Made by a program: the position numbers and the translations under genes. A DNA stretch of 64,000 bases from Escherichia phage LF82-41, in sequence record PV660463; one strand, written 5' to 3'. The notes under the pieces were generated by a model. That model made no database searches. It saw nothing but the letters and a program-made list of their open reading frames with translations, and had not been told where the DNA came from. Positions within the stretch are counted from its first letter, which is position 1; every line of letters starts with the position of its first letter. Shown one piece after another: positions 29,284 through 38,281 of the stretch.

Positions 29284-30285
29284 TTATTTCAGTAAAGTAA
29301 CTTCCGAGATTTCTTCCCAACCATCTTTATCAGTTGAAATAAAATCTGCTACATAAAGAGCCGTACGTAATGATACATTGCGAAGACGAGATACGTTAGC
29401 CTTCATCCAGGACAATGCTTTGTACGTTTCAGCATCAGTCAAGCCACGTTTCTGCATCATGTCAGTAGATAATATTACATCTTCAACTCGAACCATAATC
29501 TCTTCATTAGAGTGTACTCCAAGGTCGAGATACACTGAACGAGATACTAAAGCTTGAAGGTGCGGAGCAAGTTTCGAACCGCGTTCTAACTCTTTATCAA
29601 TATCAACGTTTGTAATGAAAACGATAGTACCTTCAAACTCAAATTCTTTATCGATACCCTTATCATCAAGATAAGATGACGCAGTGCTCCAACAAACTTT
29701 GCGTTTATCGCCGGTATCTAATGCGGCTTTAAGAAGGTTCAGGATGTCCATATCTGAGAATACGTCAACGTCATCGATTAAGAGAACGCTGTCTGCATCA
29801 CGGTTGAGCCAAAGTTGTTCGTAAAGGCCAATACCAGAGATTTTACCATTAATGCTTTTGTATTTGATGAAACCATTATCATTAGCATTACTAAGTGCTT
29901 TATCCAGAGAATACGTCTTACCAATACCAGCTGCACCTGAAATAATGAGTGAACGAATTTTGCCATCGATAATGCCATTCGTCATCATGTTCATTACTTT
30001 AAAGCGTTTGTTGATACGAGTTTTCATATCTTCAGTGCTTTCAACAACTGCAACTGGTGATGTCTCAACTCCTTCCATTACGATGTCTGATTTGAAGACC
30101 CATACTCCACGTTCAGAACCATCAATCATAACGAAAATTTTACCGTCACCTAAGTGGGAACATTCAGGATTAAGCTTTGCCGGGAACCATGTCTTTGTGG
30201 CAACATAAGAACCAGAGATTTCGTTATTACGATAAATACCTTTTTTGATTTGAACGTTGAACATTTTATTCTCCAATTTACTCAT
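29284..30285 (-). CDS. P-loop ATPase (AAA-like)
   Basis: 333 aa; Walker A GAAGIGKT, Walker B VLLIDDVD. Confidence 0.75.
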   Translation of the reverse strand: MSKLENKMFNVQIKKGIYRNNEISGSYVATKTWFPAKLNPECSHLGDGKIFVMIDGSERGVWVFKSDIVMEGVETSPVAVVESTEDMKTRINKRFKVMNMMTNGIIDGKIRSLIISGAAGIGKTYSLDKALSNANDNGFIKYKSINGKISGIGLYEQLWLNRDADSVLLIDDVDVFSDMDILNLLKAALDTGDKRKVCWSTASSYLDDKGIDKEFEFEGTIVFITNVDIDKELERGSKLAPHLQALVSRSVYLDLGVHSNEEIMVRVEDVILSTDMMQKRGLTDAETYKALSWMKANVSRLRNVSLRTALYVADFISTDKDGWEEISEVTLLK

Positions 30286-30288
30286 TTC

Positions 30289-30333
30289 GTTTCGATAGGT
30301 CTATAGTATCATATCCTAAAAGCATGTACACTA
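30289..30333 (-). promoter_or_regulatory. early-promoter/stem-loop cassette (PeSL-like)
   Basis: ttcgataggtctatagtatca...tgtacac; minus-strand TGTACA -35. Confidence 0.5.
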
Positions 30334-30362
30334 CTTTTTAAAAATATTTTAACCCCCTAAAG

Positions 30363-30378
30363 GGACCCGAAGGTCCCC
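30363..30378 (-). terminator. stable UUCG-tetraloop hairpin at 3' end of gene 30383..30649
   Basis: gggacCCGAAGgtccc; related hairpins at 8295 and 48150. Confidence 0.45.
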
Positions 30379-30382
30379 ACAT

Positions 30383-30649
30383 TTACTTATCGCACTTAGC
30401 AACATAATTAGGCATATCACAGAATACGGAGCGTGTAACTACTCGACCCTTTGACCATGCTTCAGTTGCTTGTCCTGCCGTGCTATTAATATAGCTTGAT
30501 TTAATGTTCTCAATACCCTGAGAATGTGATGCATTTACCGAACCATTTGAAGGCCCGGAAGACTGGCTACCACCAGCTCCTGCACCCGTGGTAGCACCAA
30601 CAGAGAACGCCATCATTACTGCGAATAAACCAATTACTAATTTTTTCAT
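30383..30649 (-). CDS. small secreted protein (signal peptide, Gly/Ser-rich, 2 Cys)
   Basis: 88 aa; MKKLVIGLFAVMMAFSVGA signal-like N-terminus. Confidence 0.6.
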   Translation of the reverse strand: MKKLVIGLFAVMMAFSVGATTGAGAGGSQSSGPSNGSVNASHSQGIENIKSSYINSTAGQATEAWSKGRVVTRSVFCDMPNYVAKCDK

Positions 30650-30680
30650 ATTTACCTCAAGTGAATGGTTATTTATCTAT

Positions 30681-31670
30681 TTATTTATAGTAAGAATTAT
30701 GATTTTCGAGATAGACTTGCTCAAGGAAATCATCCCAGAAACTCATATCTACTTTTTGTTGCATACCGTTCTTAGCGGCTTGTTCTGATGCTTGTTCAAC
30801 TTGGTCAACGATATCTTCTAGGAATTCTTGTACAGTTTTAAATGTATGTTTACCAAGCTTGACATCGAGAATAAATGGAGCATCCTGAAGCGGGTAAACC
30901 AGGTCGCCAGTTTTGTAAATTTCCAATAATTGAAGTCCACCACGACATGCATGACTCAATGCTTTCCAGTCAATACCTTCGTTAGCTTCTGCCTTACGAG
31001 CACGTTCACCATAGTTCTCTTCCAGTTTAACCAGGATGGCATTGAACTCTTTATTGGTTAACGTATCTTGGAATTTACGGTCCAACAGATTATAGAATGT
31101 TTGCTTACCTGTTTTCTCGTTTTCGGTTTCAACCCATGAAGCAAATTCACCTACAGGCAGAACATTCTTCATATGTGATAAACGAATTACTGCACCATTA
31201 TCAAAGTATTGTCCCCATTCATTAGAACGTTTAAGGGCTTGACGAAGAACAGCCAGTCGAGAACCCTTGACACCGTATTTAGAAGCTTGCTTACGGACAT
31301 ACCCTAAATAAGATTTCATGTTAGTGGTATAGAAACGAGACCTATTATCTTGAATATATTTCCATACATCAGGCAAATCAGATTTAACTACTAGACTTTG
31401 TGGAGTGTGAAGCATATCTAATGCGACGGTTTCACCATCCGCAGCTAGTTTAAAGAAATATTTGAGACTATACAACTCATGGTCTACGTCGTCTTTTGTG
31501 TTCTTAGAAGATGTGTTATTCGTGTTCTTGCTCATGTGTTCTTTAACGTTACCGGTCAAGATATCACGAGCATGAGGGACATAAATTTCTTTAAAATCGA
31601 CGTCAGATTCAGGAGTAGACGTTCCATAAAGGTGGCTACCAAAGTAGCTTTTCATAATTGTTTTCATCAT
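30681..31670 (-). CDS. nucleotidyltransferase-fold protein (Pol-beta-like NTase signature)
   Basis: 329 aa; GSHLYGTSTPESDVDF fits [GS]-x(9-13)-D-x-[DE] minimal NTase motif. Confidence 0.7.
   Translation of the reverse strand: MMKTIMKSYFGSHLYGTSTPESDVDFKEIYVPHARDILTGNVKEHMSKNTNNTSSKNTKDDVDHELYSLKYFFKLAADGETVALDMLHTPQSLVVKSDLPDVWKYIQDNRSRFYTTNMKSYLGYVRKQASKYGVKGSRLAVLRQALKRSNEWGQYFDNGAVIRLSHMKNVLPVGEFASWVETENEKTGKQTFYNLLDRKFQDTLTNKEFNAILVKLEENYGERARKAEANEGIDWKALSHACRGGLQLLEIYKTGDLVYPLQDAPFILDVKLGKHTFKTVQEFLEDIVDQVEQASEQAAKNGMQQKVDMSFWDDFLEQVYLENHNSYYK
30682..30689 (-). promoter_or_regulatory. late promoter candidate (TATAAATA on minus strand)
   Basis: octamer 33 nt upstream of start of secreted-protein gene. 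Confidence 0.4.
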
Positions 31671-32140
31671 TTAGCCTTATATTCAAGAGTAGGACAGACT
31701 TTTTCTTTACGAGCTTTAAGGTATTCACCTATTAATGATTTCTTACGTTCAATAGGCTCAAGTCCATTTTTAATTCGTTCTTGGTTTTGCGCAATGAGCT
31801 CAATTTCTTTATAATATTTTCTGTCGTTATATTTGTCTAACAACCAAGACGGACCAATTACCAACCCGGTAGCAATAAAAGCCATGACTGCTACAATTAA
31901 AATGCCTACACCAATTGAGGCTGGAACTAATGTCCATAGACTGCTAAAAACAAAGAATTTAGTTAAAATTTCGTGGCCAAAGATTGTGACTGCTGCTAAA
32001 ATCGCAAATCCAATAATTGAAACAGCCAATACCGGGATTAACGTTTTCCAAAAATAAGCACACAACGTTTTCGGACGATTCCATGTACTATTGAACGCGG
32101 CATAAATTTTAAAGTGCCAAGAGTTTTCATTGATAATCAT
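31667..32140 (-). CDS. membrane protein (157 aa, 3-4 predicted TM)
   Basis: ORF with multiple hydrophobic segments. Confidence 0.6.
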   Translation of the reverse strand: MIINENSWHFKIYAAFNSTWNRPKTLCAYFWKTLIPVLAVSIIGFAILAAVTIFGHEILTKFFVFSSLWTLVPASIGVGILIVAVMAFIATGLVIGPSWLLDKYNDRKYYKEIELIAQNQERIKNGLEPIERKKSLIGEYLKARKEKVCPTLEYKAK

Positions 32141-32149
32141 AATAATTCC

Positions 32150-32686
32150 TTATTTCAAAGTCGGGATAACAGAATCAAGATAAGCTTTAAGAGCAACAGC
32201 TTCGTCTTTGGTAAACGTAGTAATATGTGAACGTAAATCATCAATTTGACGAATAGTTACGACATCACCATCTTCATAAGAATTCCGTACATCCAACGTC
32301 GTGGTATAGTTTAGAGCTACCGGATTAATAATAAAAGCACCACGTCCTTTACCCCATTGAAGTTTAGCCTTTTCGGGTGTTTCAGGTGTTTCAGAATTCA
32401 AGAATTCTTTAACCTTATCAACGAATGTTTTCCAATTATCAATAGAAAGACACATATCTTCAGTTTCGATATTAGCACCACGTTCCCCGCGATAAAAATG
32501 AACTTGTAGCTCGTTGCCAATACTAGTTACGCTATTAAATCCTGAAGGAGCATAAGATAAAATCTCTTCCAGTTCCATAGGAAGAATAGTAATACTATCA
32601 TCTTCTTGAGTGAAAAGATAGGTATTACCGAGTTTTTCGATAGTCAAGTCACCGAACATTTCAGTTGTTTCAATTACAGTTTTCAT
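32150..32686 (-). CDS. hypothetical protein (about 178 aa)
   Basis: ORF 32150..32698; first ATG at 32686. Confidence 0.65.
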   Translation of the reverse strand: MKTVIETTEMFGDLTIEKLGNTYLFTQEDDSITILPMELEEILSYAPSGFNSVTSIGNELQVHFYRGERGANIETEDMCLSIDNWKTFVDKVKEFLNSETPETPEKAKLQWGKGRGAFIINPVALNYTTTLDVRNSYEDGDVVTIRQIDDLRSHITTFTKDEAVALKAYLDSVIPTLK

Positions 32687-32990
32687 ATTATTCACCAATT
32701 AAAGTTTCAACAAAATTCACCAAATCGTTCTGACGAGCATCAACTTGCTTTTCATAGAAGTCTCCGCTATCATTTACTGCGTGATAAGCTACATCATTTA
32801 AATCAGTATCGGCTTCACGTAAGTCACGGATAAGGTCCATCAATTTATTAGCTTGTTCACGGGTCATTTTACCATACTCGTTTCAATAAGATTCACTATG
32901 CCGTTTACCATGTTATAAGTAAACATCGGATAATTGTATTGTACTACAACATAAGCGATAAGCAAAAGTTTCATTTTGTTCTCCGTTTGT

Positions 32991-33035
32991 TTTGGTAGGA
33001 CTACTATAACATAGTCCTACCAAGATGTAAACTAC
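32991..33035 (-). promoter_or_regulatory. early-promoter/stem-loop cassette (PeSL-like)
   Basis: ggtaggactactataacatagtcctacc palindrome; minus-strand GTTTAC -35. Confidence 0.5.
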
Positions 33036-33238
33036 CGATTGTGTTTTAAATGTTGATAAAGTTCTTCAACTTGTTTTGGGTCTAAAACAATTAGATCATT
33101 TTCTTGGCGAAGATAAATCCATCCCTTATCCCCAGGACCATTTTTACAAAACATCGCCACCATATCATCATCTTCAGCGCTTTCAGGTAAAAGTTCAAGC
33201 ACACCGTCTTCAGATTTTCCAGTATAATCGTAAAGCAT
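33032..33238 (-). CDS. hypothetical acidic protein (68 aa from Met with GAGGAT RBS)
   Basis: ORF 33032..33265; internal Met has RBS. Confidence 0.5.
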   Translation of the reverse strand: MLYDYTGKSEDGVLELLPESAEDDDMVAMFCKNGPGDKGWIYLRQENDLIVLDPKQVEELYQHLKHNR

Positions 33239-33435
33239 AATATCCTCACATAATCTCGTTAACATACATTTGCAATTCGGTGTGAGCGTCGGCCATCTTT
33301 TTCATAGCTCTGTTAATGTCGATGTCTCCATCTTCGCACCCGTGAGCATTTTCCCAATCAGATACCGCATTAGCATACTCTTCAATCAAAAACATCAACT
33401 TAGAAATCTTTTCTTTACGTGTCATAGCGTTCTCC

Positions 33436-33483
33436 TATAGTAAGTAAGGACTACTATAACACAACCTGAGGAGAAGTAAACTG
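33436..33483 (-). promoter_or_regulatory. early-promoter cassette (GTTTAC-17-TATAGT)
   Basis: minus strand cagTTTACTtctcctcaggttgtgtTATAGT. Confidence 0.5.
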
Positions 33484-33492
33484 ATAGATGCC

Positions 33493-33520
33493 AAAAAGCC
33501 CCAACCATAAGGAAGGGGCT
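33493..33520 (-). terminator. intrinsic terminator (hairpin + U-run on minus strand) after rI
   Basis: agccccaaccataaggaaggggct preceded on plus strand by A-run; near-identical to 48842..48871. Confidence 0.6.
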
Positions 33521-33526
33521 AGTAAA

Positions 33527-33829
33527 TTAGATAGATGTAGGCTCTAATTTTATTTTCATGAACTCGGCAAATTGTCTGGCAGTTTTTATGCCTTGTTCAT
33601 GACATTCAAATGCATCATCACAGGGGCTATTTTTGTAATGCTTTGCCATATACTTATAGAATTTTTCAGAATTCTCAACATTTTGAATTTCAAACAAAGT
33701 ATATACGTTTTTAATCCCTGATTCCATAAAGTTATCAAAATATGGGTCAATATGTGCAGTACCAACGATAGGAGTTGTTGCTGCAAAAAACCCCAGCATC
33801 GCCATGACAGCTATCGCTCTTAAGGCCAT
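33527..33829 (-). CDS. rI: lysis-inhibition regulator RI (periplasmic antiholin)
   Basis: 100 aa; MALRAIAVMAMLGFFAA...DPYFDNFMESGIKNVYTLFE matches T4 RI. Confidence 0.85.
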   Translation of the reverse strand: MALRAIAVMAMLGFFAATTPIVGTAHIDPYFDNFMESGIKNVYTLFEIQNVENSEKFYKYMAKHYKNSPCDDAFECHEQGIKTARQFAEFMKIKLEPTSI

Positions 33830-33841
33830 ATAGGCCTCCTG

Positions 33842-34054
33842 TTAATTTTGGCCAGTATTTATTTTTCGCCTTTGGACGGCCTTAACATCTGTGAGGTATT
33901 TTTCCAGCTTGCGCTTGCGTGTATAATCAGCTTTAGAACCAGTTTGACGGATATCCTCGTTTAAATGAGAAATAGAATGTCCTAATTCTCTTCGGATTTC
34001 ATCTAATTGGGTTACAGTAAGATTACGAAGTTGTCTTTCGTTTAATTGCTGCAT
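33842..34054 (-). CDS. hypothetical protein (rI.1-like by position)
   Basis: 70 aa ORF between rI and tk. Confidence 0.5.
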   Translation of the reverse strand: MQQLNERQLRNLTVTQLDEIRRELGHSISHLNEDIRQTGSKADYTRKRKLEKYLTDVKAVQRRKINTGQN

Positions 34055-34081
34055 ATATACCTCTTGGTTAGATATTAGTAT

Positions 34082-34663
34082 TTATAACAACCCTGTCAAA
34101 TCATTCCAATGCTTCCGGCATAATGACACATATCTATCGGTATCACCAATTTCAATTTGACTGCCATCTGTAATTGGAAGTCCGTCTTCCGTGACTCTAG
34201 CTACCATTGTGGCCTTTTTACCACAATGACAGACACCTTTAAGTTCAACAAGCTTATCGGCAATAGCCATTAATGCTTGAGAACCTTCAAATAGATTACC
34301 TTTAAAATCTGTTCGTAGTCCATATGCCATTACCGGCACATTGTATACGTCAACAATACGACTAAGTTGATACACCTTTTCAGTAGTTAAGAACTGAGCT
34401 TCGTCAACAAATACGCAGTGAATATCCTTTTGTGCTGCAGCCCATTTATAGAATTCAAAGATATCCATGTCTTTTGTAATTATATTGGCATCCTGACGAA
34501 TACCAATACGAGAGACTATTTCACCTTTTGAATCACGAGTATCAATAGCCGGTTTAAGAACTAATACACCCATGCCACGTTCTTTATAGTTATGTGCGGC
34601 AGTAAGTAATGAAGCAGACTTACCAGCGTTCATAGCGGCATAGGTAAAAATTAAACTAGCCAT
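34082..34663 (-). CDS. tk: thymidine kinase
   Basis: 193 aa; P-loop AAMNAGKS and CxxC zinc site characteristic of TK. Confidence 0.92.
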   Translation of the reverse strand: MASLIFTYAAMNAGKSASLLTAAHNYKERGMGVLVLKPAIDTRDSKGEIVSRIGIRQDANIITKDMDIFEFYKWAAAQKDIHCVFVDEAQFLTTEKVYQLSRIVDVYNVPVMAYGLRTDFKGNLFEGSQALMAIADKLVELKGVCHCGKKATMVARVTEDGLPITDGSQIEIGDTDRYVSLCRKHWNDLTGLL

Positions 34664-34672
34664 AAGAGTCCC

Positions 34673-34855
34673 TTATAGTGAATTCACGTAGTCAATGAGT
34701 TCTTGTTCTTTCCTGTCAAATGATTCCAACAATGCTTGATATTCTTCGTCCGTCAAAGGAGCATATTCATCATACGCATTGGTGGCTGCTTGCTCATCCA
34801 ATAGGTCATGGATAAGTTCAAACAGTTTAGTTTTCTCTTCTTTAGTCAATTTCAT
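34673..34855 (-). CDS. hypothetical acidic protein (60 aa)
   Basis: ORF. Confidence 0.45.
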   Translation of the reverse strand: MKLTKEEKTKLFELIHDLLDEQAATNAYDEYAPLTDEEYQALLESFDRKEQELIDYVNSL

Positions 34856-35079
34856 TTAGGTTCACCTTCTTTAACGAAATCTGGGTAAGGGTAAAATCCT
34901 GAGTAAAACCCTTCACCTTTATGATTGCTACAACCTTTGTTCGAACAGTAACACCAATAATCAAAATCACAAGCCATTTCGTCATTGCATAAAGCAAAAA
35001 CTACAGGCCATTCGCATTTTTCGCATTTAGCACCTGTAAGAATTTTTGTTTGACTCATAGCCATGTCACCTTTAAGCAA
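34852..35079 (-). CDS. Cys-rich small protein (75 aa)
   Basis: ORF with 9 Cys (CEKCEW...CNDEMACDFDYWCYCSNKGCSNH). Confidence 0.5.
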   Translation of the reverse strand: MLKGDMAMSQTKILTGAKCEKCEWPVVFALCNDEMACDFDYWCYCSNKGCSNHKGEGFYSGFYPYPDFVKEGEPK

Positions 35080-35282
35080 TATTCTTCTACATGTTGTTTA
35101 CGGCCTTTCTTATCAATAAAGGTATATTCAACGAATGTTCCGATGTAGTCTTTATCTACATCATGTGGACTATTAATTGGACATTTAGTACGACAAATGC
35201 GTTCCCATTGACGAATAATTACTGCCTTATTCTTTGGATCATATGGATGTGGATAATGTATATTCATAATAACGGTTCCCAA
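35055..35282 (-). CDS. hypothetical protein (75 aa)
   Basis: ORF. Confidence 0.5.
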   Translation of the reverse strand: MGTVIMNIHYPHPYDPKNKAVIIRQWERICRTKCPINSPHDVDKDYIGTFVEYTFIDKKGRKQHVEEYCLKVTWL

Positions 35283-35761
35283 TCAACAATCACAATTTCT
35301 AGTTTAGTGGAATACGTATCTAAAATCTCTTCGATGACATCCCAGTTTCCACCACCAATACCTGCACCAATTCTTGGCATATAAATTACAGGCTTTGTTA
35401 TCTTATTCTTTCCAAATTCATTTAATTCTATTATACAATTCATTAAAGCAGAGTACTCAAAATTAGGTCCCGGCTCAAACTGCGTATAAAGATTAAAGCA
35501 ATAAGCTTTATGGGTCTTAAAATATTTTTCATAAACCGAATAAGTCCCGAGTTTAGACTCGTCTCCGAATTCGGTTTGAAGTTTATCGGCTTCCAGAATT
35601 TTTGGATAAGCCTTTGCTAATTGTCCTGCCACACCGGCGCCCATTGTATGAAAACAATTACACCCATGAGCAATATTATTACCTTTAGAAAACAGGGCGA
35701 CAATATCGCCCTTGATATAGTTTTTAATCACTTGCTGCAAGTCCTCTAGTATAAGAGTCAA
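35264..35761 (-). CDS. macro-domain protein (ADP-ribose binding/processing)
   Basis: 165 aa; NNIAHGCNCFHTMGAGVAGQLAKAYP and RIGAGIGGGNW resemble macro-domain glycine-rich loops. Confidence 0.65.
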   Translation of the reverse strand: MTLILEDLQQVIKNYIKGDIVALFSKGNNIAHGCNCFHTMGAGVAGQLAKAYPKILEADKLQTEFGDESKLGTYSVYEKYFKTHKAYCFNLYTQFEPGPNFEYSALMNCIIELNEFGKNKITKPVIYMPRIGAGIGGGNWDVIEEILDTYSTKLEIVIVDWEPLL

Positions 35762-36071
35762 CTAGGCGGTCCACCATAGAATTGCATGCTGCCTTATCTT
35801 TAGGTTCCGCCACCGAGCATTCTAATATTTGCCATTTTTTATAGTATCTTTTAATTAAGGTAGACGCCTTGAACCTACTAGACGCCCCATCTTTTTCTCC
35901 GTCTTTATACGCATATAACAATTTTTGTGAAAAATCTACTTTACACTCTTGACTTTTACCACAATAATCAGACGCCGTTCTGTTTGTATACTCCGTTACA
36001 TCAGTATATGTAGTATTAGCAAGAGCGTTAAATGAAACCAAGCCAACTATTAAAGCTAACATTTTGGTCAT
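35724..36071 (-). CDS. secreted/periplasmic protein (signal peptide, 4 Cys)
   Basis: 115 aa; MTKMLALIVGLVSFNALA signal-like. Confidence 0.6.
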   Translation of the reverse strand: MTKMLALIVGLVSFNALANTTYTDVTEYTNRTASDYCGKSQECKVDFSQKLLYAYKDGEKDGASSRFKASTLIKRYYKKWQILECSVAEPKDKAACNSMVDRLVDSYTRGLAASD

Positions 36072-36610
36072 TCTTTTATTTCCAGTAGTTTATTTGATTT
36101 AAGGTAATTAGCCTTTTCTAGGACTTCAGAAGCATATTTACTTCCAGCACTTGTCTTCCATCCCGCATTATATGAGGATATAGCTTTTCTTATATCCCCG
36201 TTATGTATATTTAACCAATAAGAAAATTCGATATAAGCCCATCTTGCTGAATTAGACCGCTTAGATAGCATTTTCTTAATTTGGGCATCAGTCATATTAT
36301 AACCAAGCTGGTTAATTCTTGCCCTCATTGTTGGTAGATAATTTTGGAACATTCCATACGCATGGTGACCTTTCTTATCTTTAAGATTAATACCGGCAGA
36401 TGATTCCTGCCATAGTATTGCGGCCATTATGTATCCAAGTCCTTTCTTATGCATATTTTCATGCGTTTTAAATTTTCCATCCTTAGAAAACTGTTCCCCA
36501 AACTGATAAGCATAATTCAAGTTATCGAGTTGGACATTACTAAAAGTATGCTCGGAGCTATGTGCTGATAACGAAAGAGCAAATAGACCAGCGAGTAGTG
36601 CTTTTCTCAT
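36068..36610 (-). CDS. periplasmic lytic-transglycosylase-like (SLT-domain) protein
   Basis: 180 aa; signal peptide; WQESS..., YGMFQ, SYNAGW motifs typical of SLT domain. Confidence 0.65.
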   Translation of the reverse strand: MRKALLAGLFALSLSAHSSEHTFSNVQLDNLNYAYQFGEQFSKDGKFKTHENMHKKGLGYIMAAILWQESSAGINLKDKKGHHAYGMFQNYLPTMRARINQLGYNMTDAQIKKMLSKRSNSARWAYIEFSYWLNIHNGDIRKAISSYNAGWKTSAGSKYASEVLEKANYLKSNKLLEIKE

Positions 36611-36618
36611 GTTTACCT

Positions 36619-37077
36619 CTAGATTTTAATCACTGCTTTAGAAGCTTTTCCTGGTAGTCGTTTACTGTTAATAATAGCCATTCTGCATTGAAGAGTCTTC
36701 ATTTTGAATGCTGGATTTTCGCGACAGACTGTAAGTCCTAACCAAAGATTTCCGTCAGTTATTTCTAAACGGCCTGGGCGATATTCGACACCTTCGACAA
36801 AATCTTCATCAACATCTGGACGTGCCGGCATTGATAAAAATTCTGCAACTTCTTTAACATGATTTTTTACTTTATGAAATAATTCAAAAACGTAATTCTC
36901 ATCTATTTCTCTCTGGATGGCACGATCTAAGAGATGTTGAGAATACTTGATATGAAAGCCTGGTAGTCCAAGAGACTTTGCAGCATCTTTTATACCGGCA
37001 TTTATTTTGCGGAACTCCGTTTCAAAGATTCGACGGAGTTTATTACGGCGGATAAAAACTTCCGAATTGATAGTCAT
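36619..37077 (-). CDS. regB: endoribonuclease RegB
   Basis: MTINSEVFIRRNKLRR...LQCRMAIINSKRLPGKASKAVIK matches T4 RegB; start at internal Met. Confidence 0.9.
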   Translation of the reverse strand: MTINSEVFIRRNKLRRIFETEFRKINAGIKDAAKSLGLPGFHIKYSQHLLDRAIQREIDENYVFELFHKVKNHVKEVAEFLSMPARPDVDEDFVEGVEYRPGRLEITDGNLWLGLTVCRENPAFKMKTLQCRMAIINSKRLPGKASKAVIKI

Positions 37078-37085
37078 TTTGATTT

Positions 37086-37137
37086 CTCCTCTAGTTGACA
37101 AGTCTATAGTAACACAACTAGAGGAGAAGTAAACTAC
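37086..37137 (-). promoter_or_regulatory. early-promoter/stem-loop cassette with 12-bp inverted repeat
   Basis: ctcctctagttg...caactagaggag; minus-strand GTTTAC-17-TACTAT; upstream of regB. Confidence 0.55.
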
Positions 37138-37433
37138 TCTTTGAAAGGAATTAACTTTTTAACTGCTTTAGATACTTCGTCACGAACCTGATGGAAGTTC
37201 TTGAGCTGTTCAAGGCGTTGTTCGTAATACGCAATCTCATCTTCTTCAAGACAATCGTCAGCGTCTTCTTTCAGATATGCCTTGTACTCATTAAAGAGGG
37301 CCCATAGGCGGTTCTCAAAGTCATCAAGGCTTTGAATTTTCTTGTGCTTCGGAACAAGGCCAAAAGGATTGCTTTCAGTTATGCGTCTAGATGCTTCATA
37401 ATGAGTTCCAAAGCCTGATAGGATTTGAGCCAT
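37134..37433 (-). CDS. hypothetical protein (99 aa)
   Basis: ORF. Confidence 0.55.
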   Translation of the reverse strand: MAQILSGFGTHYEASRRITESNPFGLVPKHKKIQSLDDFENRLWALFNEYKAYLKEDADDCLEEDEIAYYEQRLEQLKNFHQVRDEVSKAVKKLIPFKE

Positions 37434-37699
37434 TAGTATTTTTCCTCAGGTCGAAATACTGCACGACAGGCCCACATGCTGGCTTCTTTTAGATGTTGCT
37501 TAGCATACTTAAGAGCCTGTACTGCATCCATATCTTCTTTGGTTTGTTGCTCTGTTTCATTTTCTTTCAAGATATATGCTTCTTCAATCAGAGCATCAAA
37601 CAACAATCCAAGACGGACTTCTGCATCTTTAATAGCGTTCACTTTACCGATTTTATCGTCGGTATGTGGCTTGTAGCCTTTAATATCTTCAATCGACAT
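37433..37699 (-). CDS. hypothetical protein (88 aa from internal Met)
   Basis: ORF 37433..37867 overlaps 37689..37913; internal start avoids overlap. Confidence 0.5.
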   Translation of the reverse strand: MSIEDIKGYKPHTDDKIGKVNAIKDAEVRLGLLFDALIEEAYILKENETEQQTKEDMDAVQALKYAKQHLKEASMWACRAVFRPEEKY

Positions 37700-37913
37700 A
37701 AGGAATTTCCTCATCGGTGGCAAGGTCATATTCGACCAATTGGATAGGCTCATTAATACCATATCCACGTACAGTGATATCAGTTGCCGGATAGTTTCCA
37801 GTAATATCACCCATTCTAAATGCTTCAATGAATGATTGCTCGCCTGAGCAACTAAACCAGGCGGCAAAACATTTTAAAACATCTTCAGACCCTTCTATAA
37901 TCAATTTAGCCAT
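37689..37913 (-). CDS. hypothetical protein (74 aa)
   Basis: ORF. Confidence 0.5.
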   Translation of the reverse strand: MAKLIIEGSEDVLKCFAAWFSCSGEQSFIEAFRMGDITGNYPATDITVRGYGINEPIQLVEYDLATDEEIPYVD

Positions 37914-38275
37914 TATAGGCTCTCAGTAAAGGTACGAGCGATAACGTCACGCTGTTGTTCCGGCGTCAGAGAGTTAAAGCGAACTGCATAACCGGATACA
38001 CGGATGGTCAACTGCGGATATTTTTCTGGATGCTTAACTGCATCTTCCAGAGTTTCACGACGCAGAACATTAACGTTCAGGTGTTGACCACCTTCAATTT
38101 TAACTTTAGGTTGATGTTCAATTTCAATTTCACGGGCATTCAAACCGTAGAAAATTTCCGGGTCTACAATAGCGTCTTCTTTAAAAGTCTTAGAGACGAT
38201 AATCCGGGCTTGAGCACCGTCTTCAAAATAAATAGTGCCTTTATGTGCACCTTCAAGAATTTGATATGCTTTCAT
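37913..38275 (-). CDS. autonomous glycyl-radical cofactor (GrcA/YfiD-like)
   Basis: 120 aa; C-terminal ...[29 protein letters not shown] carries the glycyl-radical RVSGY motif. Confidence 0.8.
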   Translation of the reverse strand: MKAYQILEGAHKGTIYFEDGAQARIIVSKTFKEDAIVDPEIFYGLNAREIEIEHQPKVKIEGGQHLNVNVLRRETLEDAVKHPEKYPQLTIRVSGYAVRFNSLTPEQQRDVIARTFTESL

Positions 38276-38281
38276 ATAACC

